From Candidatus Lokiarchaeum ossiferum (GTDB lineage Archaea > Asgardarchaeota > Lokiarchaeia > Sigyniarchaeales > Promethearchaeaceae): a DNA stretch of 32,000 nt. Of the stretch, positions 17,359 through 26,647 are shown in pieces (position 1 is the stretch's first letter; every line of letters starts with the position of its first letter). The DNA lies in NCBI GenBank assembly GCA_025839675.1, contig CP104013.1, forward strand, positions 480,001-512,000. The letters are read 5' to 3'. The translations under genes were made by a program, and so were the position numbers. Below the pieces are notes generated by a model. It was not told the DNA's origin. It saw only the letters and a program-made list of their open reading frames with translations, and ran no database searches.

Positions 17359-19104
17359 ATGAAAGAGGATGAACTATTAAAATCCGAAATTTCAACAGGA
17401 GAAGGGATTATCCGATATCTGAAAGAACTCGGTGTTTCGAAGGTTTTTGGGATTCCGGATGGACACACACTTGCTCTTTACGATGGGATGTTAAAAACAG
17501 AAGGGATCGATCATATTTTGTGCAATGATGAACGAACTGCTGCTTTTGCTGCAGATGCATACGCTCGCGTGACACATTCTATTGGAGTGTGCGATGCCGG
17601 GGCAGCAGGTGCAATGAATTTTCCAATAGCATTAGCAGAAGCGAAAGGATTTGGAAGTCCAATGCTTGCTTTAATTGGAGTAGTTAAATCAGAAGATAAA
17701 CTTCGTAATGTTCCTCACGATATTGATATAGCAGGTGTGTTAAAACCTTTAACAAAATCAACCCAAGAAATTTATCGATCCGAACACGTTCCCCGATTTT
17801 TAAAATATTCTATCCGAAAAGCCATGAATGGAAAAGAAGGGCCAACAGCATTAATCATCCCCGAAGATATATTACAATCTAAAGAATTAAGCATTAATGA
17901 GTTTATTCCAAAATATCATCATCGTTCTTGTGAAGAAAAATGTGGGATTGCTCCATCAATTTCTGAAATTAATGATGCAGTCGATTTGATTCGTGAAGCG
18001 GAGCAACCTGCACTCTTTGTTGGAAGTCAAGCCATTAGTTCCGGAGCGTTTGAAGAAGTTAAACAACTTAGCCAATTGCTTTGCGCTCCTGTATTTTCAA
18101 CAATTTCAGGTAAAGGTATTATGATAAGTAATGAATCCAGCAACTATTTTGGAACAATTGGACTTTTTGGAGAAAAACCAAATCATACATTCATACGAAA
18201 ATCCACAGATTTATTAATTTTAGTTGGAAATCGAATGACTGAGGATGATACCGCCAACTTTAAAATTCCTCCACCCAAGGTAAAAATTATCCAGATAGAT
18301 TTAGAACCGGGTGAAATTGGATTAAATTTTCCTGCTATGGGTGTCATCGGTGATAGTAAAATTGCATTGGATTTAATAATTGAACGAATAAAATTATTGG
18401 GTTTTACAAAGCGACAGAATGCTAAGGAACTATTAGATACGAGATTTGAAAGCTTAACTAAACTTCGAGCAAAGCATGTTAAATTTAACCAAAAAGATGA
18501 ACGATCATGGATGACCAATATCCCTTTAAAACCCCAAAGAGTCCTTTTTGCTCTTTCTAAGGCGATGGGGGCCGAAGATTATTTAGTGACGGATGCAAGC
18601 GCCAGTTCTCGATGGATCGGCCCTTATTTTCCTGTGAAAATGATTGGTCGCCGCATTGTTACCCCCCGAGGAGTTGGACCCACAGGATTTGGTTTAGGGG
18701 CCTTAATTGGAACCAAAATCGCAATTGATGAGACTTTTGCATCCAAAAATCGACCTAAAGTAGTATTATTGACTGGAGATGGAGGATTTATGAATGGAGG
18801 TCTTAGCGATTTGGAAACGATTCAACGATTAAAACTGGATTGTACTATCGTGATTCTCAATAACCAAACATTAGGATTTATTAAATTTGGGCAAGCTATG
18901 ATGTACAAACAAAGATATTATCATACTGATAGACCAAAGTCACCATTCGTTCAAATAGCAGAATCATTTGGTGCTACTGGAACTGAAATAACCAGTCTTG
19001 AAGAACTTGACACGTTATTGCCCAAAATTATTAATACAAAAGGATTTCATGTCTTGGATATCCAAACAGATCCCAAAGAATTGCTTCCTCCGAATTTCTA
19101 CTGA
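17359..19104 (+). CDS. Thiamine-pyrophosphate-dependent enzyme, acetolactate synthase large subunit (IlvB)-like family
   Basis: N-terminal TPP pyrimidine-binding region (GVSKVFGIPDGHTLALYDG...ERTAAFAADAYAR). C-terminal TPP-binding motif: LLTGDGGFMNGGLSDLETIQRLKLDCTIVILNNQTLGF. Length is 581 aa. The substrate cannot be assigned. Confidence 0.85.
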   Translation: MKEDELLKSEISTGEGIIRYLKELGVSKVFGIPDGHTLALYDGMLKTEGIDHILCNDERTAAFAADAYARVTHSIGVCDAGAAGAMNFPIALAEAKGFGSPMLALIGVVKSEDKLRNVPHDIDIAGVLKPLTKSTQEIYRSEHVPRFLKYSIRKAMNGKEGPTALIIPEDILQSKELSINEFIPKYHHRSCEEKCGIAPSISEINDAVDLIREAEQPALFVGSQAISSGAFEEVKQLSQLLCAPVFSTISGKGIMISNESSNYFGTIGLFGEKPNHTFIRKSTDLLILVGNRMTEDDTANFKIPPPKVKIIQIDLEPGEIGLNFPAMGVIGDSKIALDLIIERIKLLGFTKRQNAKELLDTRFESLTKLRAKHVKFNQKDERSWMTNIPLKPQRVLFALSKAMGAEDYLVTDASASSRWIGPYFPVKMIGRRIVTPRGVGPTGFGLGALIGTKIAIDETFASKNRPKVVLLTGDGGFMNGGLSDLETIQRLKLDCTIVILNNQTLGFIKFGQAMMYKQRYYHTDRPKSPFVQIAESFGATGTEITSLEELDTLLPKIINTKGFHVLDIQTDPKELLPPNFY

Positions 19105-19110
19105 GACTAA

Positions 19111-19135
19111 TTTAAAAAAAGTCAATTTTTTTTTG
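19111..19135. terminator. Bidirectional terminator candidate between the convergent TPP-enzyme gene and msrA (A7-GTCAA-T9)
   Basis: tttAAAAAAAgtcaaTTTTTTTTTg reads as an oligo-T tract on either strand, and the A/T runs can pair as a hairpin. Confidence 0.4.
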
Positions 19136-19139
19136 CTTC

Positions 19140-19610
19140 TCATAGATGACATGAAATTCTTCCATTCTTTTCCAAATATCTCTGATGATATTCTTCTGCA
19201 TCATAGAATGGTTGGGTTGAAGTAATCTCAGTTACAATAGGAGAAGAATATCTTCCCGACTGATTCTGTTCCAGTCGAGATTGCAATGCAATTTTTTGTT
19301 GCTGTTCGTTTTGGAAGAATATTACTGATCGATATTGACTACCAACATCGGGACCTTGACGATTTCGGGTTGTAGGATCGTGAATTTCCCAAAAATGCTC
19401 TAATAATGTGTGATAAGATATAAGCTCAGGATCAAAGATCACTTTGACAACTTCCGCATGACCGGTATTCCCACGACATACCTCTTTATAGGAGGGATTT
19501 TCGAGTTTTCCTCCACAATACCCCACTCGAGTATCAATAACTCCTTGCAAGCGATGAAATGATGCTTCAACACCCCAAAAACATCCAGCACCAAAAATTG
19601 CTATTTCCAT
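19140..19610 (-). CDS. msrA: Peptide methionine (S)-sulfoxide reductase MsrA
   Basis: FGAGCFWGVE active-site motif, GHAEVVKVIFDP, DPTTRNRQGPDVGSQYRS, EYHQRYLEKN. Length is 156 aa. Confidence 0.92.
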   Translation of the reverse strand: MEIAIFGAGCFWGVEASFHRLQGVIDTRVGYCGGKLENPSYKEVCRGNTGHAEVVKVIFDPELISYHTLLEHFWEIHDPTTRNRQGPDVGSQYRSVIFFQNEQQQKIALQSRLEQNQSGRYSSPIVTEITSTQPFYDAEEYHQRYLEKNGRISCHL

Positions 19611-20027
19611 TATAGTTAAAATAGGAAATTAAAAAGATGTAAATCTTTGGTTAAAATTCTAAAAGAATTTTGGCTTCTCAGATTATTTTTGAAAATAGAG
19701 GCAAAATGTGAATTACTGCGTTTATTATTGAACAAAAAGAAAAAACTTCAATAATAAAAGTCATGTAAAAAATTGTGCCAAAAGCATAATTTTCTTTTTC
19801 AATAAGTATAATAATAGAAATTCAGATGTTTTGAAGCAAGACCACCATGATTCAAAAATGATAGATTTTCATTTGACATTTCCATAATGTTGAAACAAAA
19901 ATCCATGAAAGGAAAAAACCGGATATACTTTCAATACATCCTTTCATCAACACAAAATTTCTTATTTTTATCAAACAAAACACTTACTATAATTTATTTG
20001 AAAATACACACCCAAGGATTGATTACA

Positions 20028-22943
20028 ATGGAAGAATTTTCCGCTCAACTTGACATCAGTGAAGACACACAAAAAGTCTATGGCATGGTTATCATGCGAG
20101 GATGTATTACTGCAAGTTCTATCGCATCCTATTTGGATATGGATATATCCAAAGCAGAAAAGGCAATTTCAGAATTAAAAGAAAAACAATTGATTAAAGA
20201 GGCTTCTGGAATTATCCCCCGATATATTCCCTTACCCCCTCTGAAAGGATTCACATCATATTTAGGTAGCTATTCGGACAAAATTGGGGAGACCATTCAA
20301 AAAATCAAAGCAATTGAACAAACTAAAACGATAAATTATGATAAAATCACTTCAAAAGCAACTGAGGATATGAAAACCAGTTTAGCCGATCAAACTGGAA
20401 AACTCCAAGCAAAATATCTGGAAATAGCCGAGAAGACGGAAAAATCGGCAAAAACTATACAAGAAACTATTCAAAAAGTAGAATCGGAAATAACTACTGA
20501 AAACACAAAGAATACGGAAAATTTCATCTCAAGAATCAAAGAAAAAACAACCCATTTTCAAAATGAGAAAAGTAAAACCTTTGAAGATCATGAAAAAGCG
20601 CTTGAAGTCACTCTTGAAAAATTTCCCGCCACAATCGAACAAAAATTTAATGCACTCACTCAAGATAAGCAACAGGCTCTCGGAACATTGAAAACCAGCT
20701 ATGAACAAAAAAACCATGAATTGCTGTTACAATTTAAAACCGATACGAACAATATGGTCCAATCCATGGAAAGTGCAATAAATGATGTTAAGAATGCAGA
20801 TACGGAATTATTTGGTACCCATGAGAATGATTTAAAATCTACAATCCAGCAAACCAACATAGTTCTCAAAACTTTGATGGATGCTTCAGTGAAAGATACT
20901 ACCTTATTAATCGAGTCTTTGAAAACAAGCTTATCATCTGTCATTGGGTCATTCAACGATGGATTTAGTAGCCAAACATCCAATTCAATTCAAGGTGCCT
21001 CTTCTACTTATGCAACAAGCATCCAAGATATTGATCAACTTTTAACGAGTTTTAAAGAAGATATTGCAGAAAAAACGGCCAGTTTGTATAATGTTGCCAA
21101 AGATGAATTAACAAAAAAAATTGGTGACTTAAAAACCTCCATGGAAGAAAAATTCACTCAAAAAACCACTGATTTGGGGTCCCAATTTCAAAGAATGCAA
21201 GATAAACTTACCAGTTCCTTATCAACGTTACAGGAGAACTATGGAAAAACCACAGAAACATTTCTGCAAGACATCCAAATCAAATTTGGTGGCCATACCA
21301 CTCAAATTGAAGAATTATCCCAGACGAATGAAACGGCATTCACAGATTTTTCCGAGAAACTTATCCAAGAATTCACAACCTCAGTTTCTAAGCTGAAAAA
21401 TGAATATATTAGCCAAATTACAGCCCAAAATTCTCAACGAAAGGACTTCACTAAAAAAATGGAACAAGATCTAAACCAACAAATAACAACTAACAATGTA
21501 GAACTAGGTAAGATCACAGAAGGGGCCCAAAATACGATAAAAATGGATATTGAGGAAATTTCAAAAGCCCTAAATCAAGATATCAAAACAACCACAGAAG
21601 AGTATAAAGAAATATTATCGAATGCCGATACTCATTTCAAAACGGAATTTGATCAATTTTCAACACAACTCACCGAAAATCTAAAGACATCCACCTCTAT
21701 GTATGCTTCCAAATTTAAAACAAGCATAGACGGCTCCCAATCAAAAGTAATAGAAATTCTTGAAAACCAACAGAAATTACTGCAGAATACAGTTGATACT
21801 TCCACCCTTGATATATCTACTCAAGCAGAAGCCACCATAACTCAGATTTCAGACCATACCAGCAAAAAAATTGAAGAATCAAACTCAAAACTTGGTCAAA
21901 TTGAAGGAACTCTGCTCGAGAAAATATCTACAATAAAGGAGAGAAATGCAACCCAATTTACAACATTGAGTGATAAGACCAAAGCAATCTCCACAGGATT
22001 TGTAGAAATACTTACCAAATCAATTGAAGATCTCACGGCCCAAGTCAACGAACATTTTACTAATCAAATATCATCTTTTGATGCCTTCAAGCAAGAAGGA
22101 ACCGACTTAGTAAAGGATCAATATCAAGGATATCAAAAATCAATCGCAGAATCATTTGCGCTCTTAAAATCAAATATCGCAACCTTGACATCTACAGACG
22201 TAGATCAACTTGCTAGTGAGATTGAAGAAAAAGCAGCGAGTTTCATGACTAATATAACAAATATTACAAAAAATGTCACCGGAACTTTAGAACTCACTAA
22301 AGGAGAAACCACAGGGATCTTTAAGGATATTGAAACATCTATTAATGAAGCGATTGAACAAATTAAAGCATCGGTAAGAGATAGCATCGCAACAGGAAAG
22401 AAAGTGTTGGAAATTGAACTGGGAAATGTTTTTGAAACTGCCCTAACCACCATGGATTCTGTGAAAGATTTAGGAGATCAACCAATTCAAATCTTGAACA
22501 AAGTTTGGGACCAAATGACAGCCATTGATGCCCAAAAAGCAGAAAAAACATGGTATTTGGTCGGAAAGGAAGCAGTGATTCCCTATATTCAAAGTATGAT
22601 CGAACAAGCGAAAGGAAAAATGACAATTGTAGTTCCTAGCTTAGATGATCTACCTCTAGAACTTATCTTAACAAAACGTGTCAGGTTTACAATCATCACA
22701 AGTGTTGGAGCGGGGATGACCGATGGTCGTGTGGATAAGTTAAAGGAAAAAGGCGTTACAATCATGGATTATGAAGGAAAGGACTTCATTGCGGTTGATC
22801 GTGACTCCGAAGAAATCTGTTTTGCTGCTGTGGATGAAAAAGTCGATCCTATTACCGCAATCATTAGCGAATTAGATCCTATGATTACGATTATGGGCTC
22901 CATGATTGCTGATTATTGGCGCCGAGTGGCAAAAAAACTATAA
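20028..22943 (+). CDS. TrmB-like protein (N-terminal wHTH plus C-terminal TrmB-type domain) interrupted by about 800 aa of helical low-complexity repeats
   Basis: I place the start at ATG 20028 (MEEFSAQLDISEDTQKVYGMVIMRGCITASSIASYLDMDISKAEKAISELKEKQLIKE...RYIPLPP, a TrmB-like HTH). The C-terminus (WYLVGKEAVIPYIQSMIEQAKGKMTIVVPSLDDLPLELIL...) resembles the TrmB C-terminal domain. The middle is T/K/E/Q/S-rich with a recurring LKTS motif. Confidence 0.65.
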   Translation: MEEFSAQLDISEDTQKVYGMVIMRGCITASSIASYLDMDISKAEKAISELKEKQLIKEASGIIPRYIPLPPLKGFTSYLGSYSDKIGETIQKIKAIEQTKTINYDKITSKATEDMKTSLADQTGKLQAKYLEIAEKTEKSAKTIQETIQKVESEITTENTKNTENFISRIKEKTTHFQNEKSKTFEDHEKALEVTLEKFPATIEQKFNALTQDKQQALGTLKTSYEQKNHELLLQFKTDTNNMVQSMESAINDVKNADTELFGTHENDLKSTIQQTNIVLKTLMDASVKDTTLLIESLKTSLSSVIGSFNDGFSSQTSNSIQGASSTYATSIQDIDQLLTSFKEDIAEKTASLYNVAKDELTKKIGDLKTSMEEKFTQKTTDLGSQFQRMQDKLTSSLSTLQENYGKTTETFLQDIQIKFGGHTTQIEELSQTNETAFTDFSEKLIQEFTTSVSKLKNEYISQITAQNSQRKDFTKKMEQDLNQQITTNNVELGKITEGAQNTIKMDIEEISKALNQDIKTTTEEYKEILSNADTHFKTEFDQFSTQLTENLKTSTSMYASKFKTSIDGSQSKVIEILENQQKLLQNTVDTSTLDISTQAEATITQISDHTSKKIEESNSKLGQIEGTLLEKISTIKERNATQFTTLSDKTKAISTGFVEILTKSIEDLTAQVNEHFTNQISSFDAFKQEGTDLVKDQYQGYQKSIAESFALLKSNIATLTSTDVDQLASEIEEKAASFMTNITNITKNVTGTLELTKGETTGIFKDIETSINEAIEQIKASVRDSIATGKKVLEIELGNVFETALTTMDSVKDLGDQPIQILNKVWDQMTAIDAQKAEKTWYLVGKEAVIPYIQSMIEQAKGKMTIVVPSLDDLPLELILTKRVRFTIITSVGAGMTDGRVDKLKEKGVTIMDYEGKDFIAVDRDSEEICFAAVDEKVDPITAIISELDPMITIMGSMIADYWRRVAKKL

Positions 22944-22949
22944 TATCAC

Positions 22950-22957
22950 TTTTTTTT
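22950..22957 (+). terminator. T8 tract 7 nt after the TrmB-like gene stop (oligo-T terminator candidate)
   Basis: taatatcacTTTTTTTTctc. Confidence 0.3.
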
Positions 22958-23126
22958 CTCTACTTTCGTTCGTTTAACATTCTGTATGATTTTTTTATTT
23001 TTTAACAATATTCGGATTCTATTAATATCTTTGAAATATTTAAAATTGCATATTCCATATATAAAACTCAAAGAAGATGAATGAAAGAGAACAGATCTTA
23101 AGAGAAGGATATAAAAATCAACACCA

Positions 23127-23594
23127 TTATGGAGAATAGCGAGCAATGGATCCTTCCGATTCAGCCACCTCGACTTGAAGGGTATAGGAGGCAAATACGG
23201 TACAGAGTTGATCATAGATATATTTTGCTAAAACTTCTGCAGTAGTAGCAGGAATAGGGAGTAGTCGCACATCTACTTTTGGAAATATATAGGTCTTTTC
23301 ATTAAATTTAATCTGCACTTGGGAACCGGATTCAGTTCTTTGCTCTTCCACATGGATTTCTGCACTATGAGCGGGAATTAAGACAGCATGATCTAGTTGA
23401 GTTGTGATTTCAATCAATTTTTGTTTCAAGATATAAAAATCCACTACAAAGAAATGCTCGTTCAAATCACCGCTGACTTCAACATTCACACTATAATTAT
23501 GACCATGCAACCGTGAACATTTATCGTGCTGATAAAGAAAGTGAGCTGCGGAAAATTTACACCGAGGATCAGAAACTCTTACAGTATATCCCAT
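23127..23594 (-). CDS. queD: 6-carboxy-5,6,7,8-tetrahydropterin synthase QueD (PTPS family)
   Basis: KFSAAHFLYQHDKCSRLHGHNYSVNVEVSG (the Cys...HGH zinc/catalytic motif of QueD/PTPS). I prefer the start at MGYTVRV (cat at 23592-23594); the track extends to 23651. Confidence 0.85.
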   Translation of the reverse strand: MGYTVRVSDPRCKFSAAHFLYQHDKCSRLHGHNYSVNVEVSGDLNEHFFVVDFYILKQKLIEITTQLDHAVLIPAHSAEIHVEEQRTESGSQVQIKFNEKTYIFPKVDVRLLPIPATTAEVLAKYIYDQLCTVFASYTLQVEVAESEGSIARYSP

Positions 23595-23695
23595 GATAAT
23601 TAATGGTGAGCAGGATTGCTTTAATGTCCTCCGCTTCATTTTTAAAATCAAAGATATGAGGAAAAATTGAAGAAAATACAGAAATAAAAAAGATC

Positions 23696-24382
23696 TTATT
23701 CATAATCTAATGGGTCTGAAACATTGTTCACTTCAAAGGCTTTCAAACGTTCATCACAGCTGCCACATTTTCCACATGCTTGTTCCCCCCCCTTATAACA
23801 AGTCCATGTTTTGGCATAATCCACATGCAACACAAGCCCTTCTTTCACTATATCACCTTTGGGCACATGTAAATAGGGTGCATGGATCTTTATAGGCCAA
23901 TAATGGCACACTTTCGCGGCCTGTTGCATGGCTTCCACAAAAACTGGACGACAATCGGGGTAAATTGCATGATCTCCAGCATGGGCCCCGTAATAAATTG
24001 CTTCAGCCCGGATAGAAATCGCATAGGCCAAGGCTAAACTAATCATAATCATATTGCGATTGGGCACGACAGTACTCATCATATTGGTGTCGTCATAATC
24101 TCCTTCGGGAATGGATAAATCGGATGTGAGGGAGCTTTTCCCAAAAAGACCTGCTTTGGTGATAGATTCTAAGGAGAGAATTTTATGAGGTATGTGATGC
24201 ATTTCACAATTTACTCGAGCACATTCAACCTCTTTGATATGTTTCTGCCCATAGTTGAATGTGAGCGCAAAAATATCTTTTTTTTCAGCCAATAACCGAT
24301 ATAGCAAAGTTGTAGAATCCAAACCCCCTGAAGCAATCAAGACAACTCGATTTGGAATAAACGTAGATTTTTCCTGTGACAT
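23696..24382 (-). CDS. queC: 7-cyano-7-deazaguanine (preQ0) synthase QueC
   Basis: PP-loop VVLIASGGLDSTTLLY, VVPNRNMIMISLALAYA, and C-terminal zinc cluster CYKGGEQACGKCGSCDERLKAF. Confidence 0.92.
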   Translation of the reverse strand: MSQEKSTFIPNRVVLIASGGLDSTTLLYRLLAEKKDIFALTFNYGQKHIKEVECARVNCEMHHIPHKILSLESITKAGLFGKSSLTSDLSIPEGDYDDTNMMSTVVPNRNMIMISLALAYAISIRAEAIYYGAHAGDHAIYPDCRPVFVEAMQQAAKVCHYWPIKIHAPYLHVPKGDIVKEGLVLHVDYAKTWTCYKGGEQACGKCGSCDERLKAFEVNNVSDPLDYE

Positions 24383-24453
24383 TTTAAAAACCTGTGATAG
24401 ATTTCCGAGATAAAAAAAATAAAGGATTCTTCCATGAAAAGCTTATTTCATTC

Positions 24454-25035
24454 TCATTGAATATTATAGATTTTATGCAATTGGAGACCTAAACGAAGAT
24501 CGGGATGTTCCATCACCAAGGAATAACATTTTTTCTGAGAAACAGGAAGATCCATCGCATTGGGTTGCAGCCAAATGGGAATGCTTCCTCGAAAACGGGC
24601 AGGGATCACATCCACAGAGAAAATTGCATCAACCACATACTTCAATTCATCAGGATCACACCGAATGATGTAATCCACATCGGGTTTTGGGGAACATACC
24701 ACCCAATCGATGACCGAGGGTACGGGATTGGTCCCATTTGTTTCAATAGCAAAAGTAATTGTGGTGGTTTGTGGAAGAATTTCTCTGAGACCCGTAATAA
24801 AAGCTTCCAAATCATAAAGGGTGGGTTCTCCGCCGGTTAAAATTACGGTCGAATAATGAATTTGTTTTGCAATCTCTGCAACAGCCATTGGAGTTCCCTT
24901 TCCCCACGATTGTTTGGTATCACACCATGCACACTGCAAATTACATCCCGCAAATCGAATAAATGTTGCCGGAATGCCCAACCAACTTCCTTCTCCTTGC
25001 ACGGAATCGAAAATTTCAATAATTGGATAGTTCAC
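24454..25035 (-). CDS. queE: 7-carboxy-7-deazaguanine synthase QueE (radical SAM)
   Basis: IEIFDSVQGEGSWLGIPATFIRFAGCNLQCAWCDT (radical-SAM cluster motif in QueE context) and VILTGGEPTL. The start codon is GTG. Confidence 0.9.
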   Translation of the reverse strand: MNYPIIEIFDSVQGEGSWLGIPATFIRFAGCNLQCAWCDTKQSWGKGTPMAVAEIAKQIHYSTVILTGGEPTLYDLEAFITGLREILPQTTTITFAIETNGTNPVPSVIDWVVCSPKPDVDYIIRCDPDELKYVVDAIFSVDVIPARFRGSIPIWLQPNAMDLPVSQKKCYSLVMEHPDLRLGLQLHKIYNIQ

Positions 25036-25156
25036 AAATTCATCAAGAATGGAAAAGAAATAGATATTACTATTTGTTAAAATGTTAATGGCAACGTTGA
25101 ATCCAACATTCTTGCCCCATTTAATTATATTTCAGTTGTCACCACAGAACATCGAA

Positions 25157-25405
25157 TTAAACTTTATGTCCCAGATATGGATGATGATGAAAATGGTTAT
25201 TTACAATCTTGAAATCTATTTTTTTACTTTTTTTAGCCTTTTCCACGACAGAGTCGACACACACCCGTCCCCTGACAATAAGAGCAAGGTTGATCGGAGG
25301 ACTTCCCATATCCGCGGTAATTGCGTTTGCCGGATCCCCGACACATCCAACAACGACCTGTTCCATGACAGCGCCGACAAGGTAATTTTGACATTTTTTC
25401 TTCAC
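25157..25405 (-). CDS. Small hypothetical protein (82 aa from a GTG; 69 aa from an internal ATG), GC-rich, overlapping the ArdC-like stop
   Basis: The GTG start (25403-25405) overlaps the tga stop (25402-25404) of the upstream gene. V/G/A/D/P-rich core: VVVGCVGDPANAITADMGSPPINLALIVRGRVCVDSVVE. No family recognised, and coding status is unproven. Confidence 0.35.
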   Translation of the reverse strand: MKKKCQNYLVGAVMEQVVVGCVGDPANAITADMGSPPINLALIVRGRVCVDSVVEKAKKSKKIDFKIVNNHFHHHPYLGHKV

Positions 25406-26355
25406 ATCACTCCAATTTTTGAAAGGGAACCGGAAGATATTGTAAGATCGCCTATTTCATGAGACTTCTTGCGCCCGCGACGACCTTTGCCCAGAATATA
25501 ATTGGAAGCTCGGGCCCCTTGTATCGCCGCTTTAAGTAATTCATCCTCATGGTTGCGAAGATACTTCACCCAATTTTGCAAATACGAAGCACTATTTTTT
25601 TGGACTACGGGTAGAATATGGGCTTCTCCCGCGAGAAAGCACGCCCCAAATTCTGCAATCAATTCTTCCCGCGAATAACTTTCTCGATGCACAAAACTTT
25701 TCATCGACCGCTTCAACCGTGTAGGATGGGCTGTGGAATGAACCATTTCATGGAATAACGTTCCATAATATTCTTCGACGGGGCGAAAACCATCTTTGGC
25801 CTGAATCCGTATAATATCGCTACCGGGATTATATAAGGCGCCAAAGAGAGAAAGATGAATTTGCGGCGAATCCTTATATCCAGCAATAATCGCTTCGGCT
25901 TTTTCAATGGGATTGAAATTTTCTTTCACAAGTAATTTGGGATGATACCGCTCGGGAATGGCACATTGATCTAGGTTAAATACATGACGGACAATAAAGT
26001 TATAAATCCCCGTAGTTTCCTCATGCTGGAATTTTTTTGGAATGGGTCCATATACTTGTGGAATCAAGATCGGCGTGCCTTTTTCCCCTTTTTCGACCCG
26101 TCCCCTCAATTTTTGGAGCTGTTTATAACCCACCCAAAATGGAGTACTATAATTTTTCACACGGCGGGTAAACGTTAACATCATCGCATTTATACTTCGA
26201 TAGGGGCGTAGGGTAGCCCAATTGAGCGGCTGATCCATATCTAACCAAGATTGCTTCCATGGAAGTAAGTTGGATTTTGTGATCAGGTCAATCATTCGTG
26301 CAGTTATTTTTTTGTATTGTTTTTGAATGTCTTTTGTTTGGTGAAGGTGTACCAT
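25402..26355 (-). CDS. ardC: ArdC-like antirestriction protein (N-terminal ssDNA-binding DUF1738-type domain plus C-terminal zincin metallopeptidase domain)
   Basis: LLPWKQSW...NWATLRPYRSINAMMLTF...FWVGYKQLQKLRGRVEKGEKGTPI (ArdC N-domain pattern). LFHEMVHSTAHPTRLKR (HExxH) and YSREELIAEFGACFL. I prefer the start at MVHLHQTKD (26355), preceded by ttttataag and ggaga. Confidence 0.8.
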   Translation of the reverse strand: MVHLHQTKDIQKQYKKITARMIDLITKSNLLPWKQSWLDMDQPLNWATLRPYRSINAMMLTFTRRVKNYSTPFWVGYKQLQKLRGRVEKGEKGTPILIPQVYGPIPKKFQHEETTGIYNFIVRHVFNLDQCAIPERYHPKLLVKENFNPIEKAEAIIAGYKDSPQIHLSLFGALYNPGSDIIRIQAKDGFRPVEEYYGTLFHEMVHSTAHPTRLKRSMKSFVHRESYSREELIAEFGACFLAGEAHILPVVQKNSASYLQNWVKYLRNHEDELLKAAIQGARASNYILGKGRRGRKKSHEIGDLTISSGSLSKIGVM

Positions 26356-26647
26356 TTTATCTCCAATCTTATAAAACCAGACCAAAGATATGAACACTGA
26401 GATGTTAGCAAAAGTTTGGAAAATTGGAAAAACGACCCCCAGAAAGTATCGGAAGAAAAAACTGCACCTTTTTTCTTGAAAATTTACAGGAGAGCCATAA
26501 TTTACCCATAAAAGAATGAAATATGAAGGATAAGAAAAAAAAGTGAAGAATCTTCAATCAGAAAAAAAATTGTAGCAAAAAATAAGATAAAAATAATGAA
26601 AAAAATCAACAACCCGATATCCACATAATTAACTTATTCGAAAATGA

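Noticed and set aside
13744-19225. ORFs 13744-14001(-), 15500-15757(+), 16407-16592(+), 18183-18518(-) and 18998-19225(+)
   Set aside because: These are alternative-frame or antisense overlaps of the Hcp-like, transglutaminase-like, TIR, TPP-enzyme and msrA genes, and none has motifs.
19887-20027. 47-codon N-terminal extension of the TrmB-like ORF given by the track
   Set aside because: The translated extension (MLKQKSMKGKNRIYFQYILSSTQNFLFLSNKTLTIIYLKIHTQGLIT) looks like AT-rich promoter sequence. The TrmB-like HTH begins right at the ATG at 20028.
20529-22626. Antisense ORFs 20529-20717, 20699-20983, 22205-22453 and 22363-22626
   Set aside because: They lie inside the 971-aa helical protein gene. 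The low-complexity sense sequence generates stop-poor antisense frames.
22946-23215. 89-aa minus-strand ORF overlapping the queD 3' end and the AT-rich spacer
   Set aside because: It is out of frame with queD, is mostly spacer-derived, and has no motif.
23595-23651. 19-codon upstream extension of queD (MILKMKRRTLKQSCSPLII)
   Set aside because: QueD/PTPS homologues start close to the first beta-strand (MGYTVRV...), so the extension is probably untranslated. The longer start is not excluded.
23696-24382. QueC as QatC (QatABCD) or CBASS Cap9-like defence component
   Set aside because: It is flanked by genuine queD and queE with intact biosynthetic motifs. No QatA/B/D, cyclase or TGT-like genes are adjacent.
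25250-25400. GC-rich patch considered as a tRNA or other structured RNA, including a preQ1-type riboswitch given the que context
   Set aside because: I could find no tRNA-like T-arm or D-arm sequence and no convincing long stems by eye. The patch sits downstream of ardC and upstream of queE but is better explained as codons for a V/G/A/P-rich peptide. A covariance-model scan is still needed.
23710-25462. ORFs 23710-23895(+), 24505-24840(+), 24856-25080(+) and 25082-25462(+)
   Set aside because: They are antisense to queC, queE and the small ORF/ardC junction, and their peptides are not protein-like.
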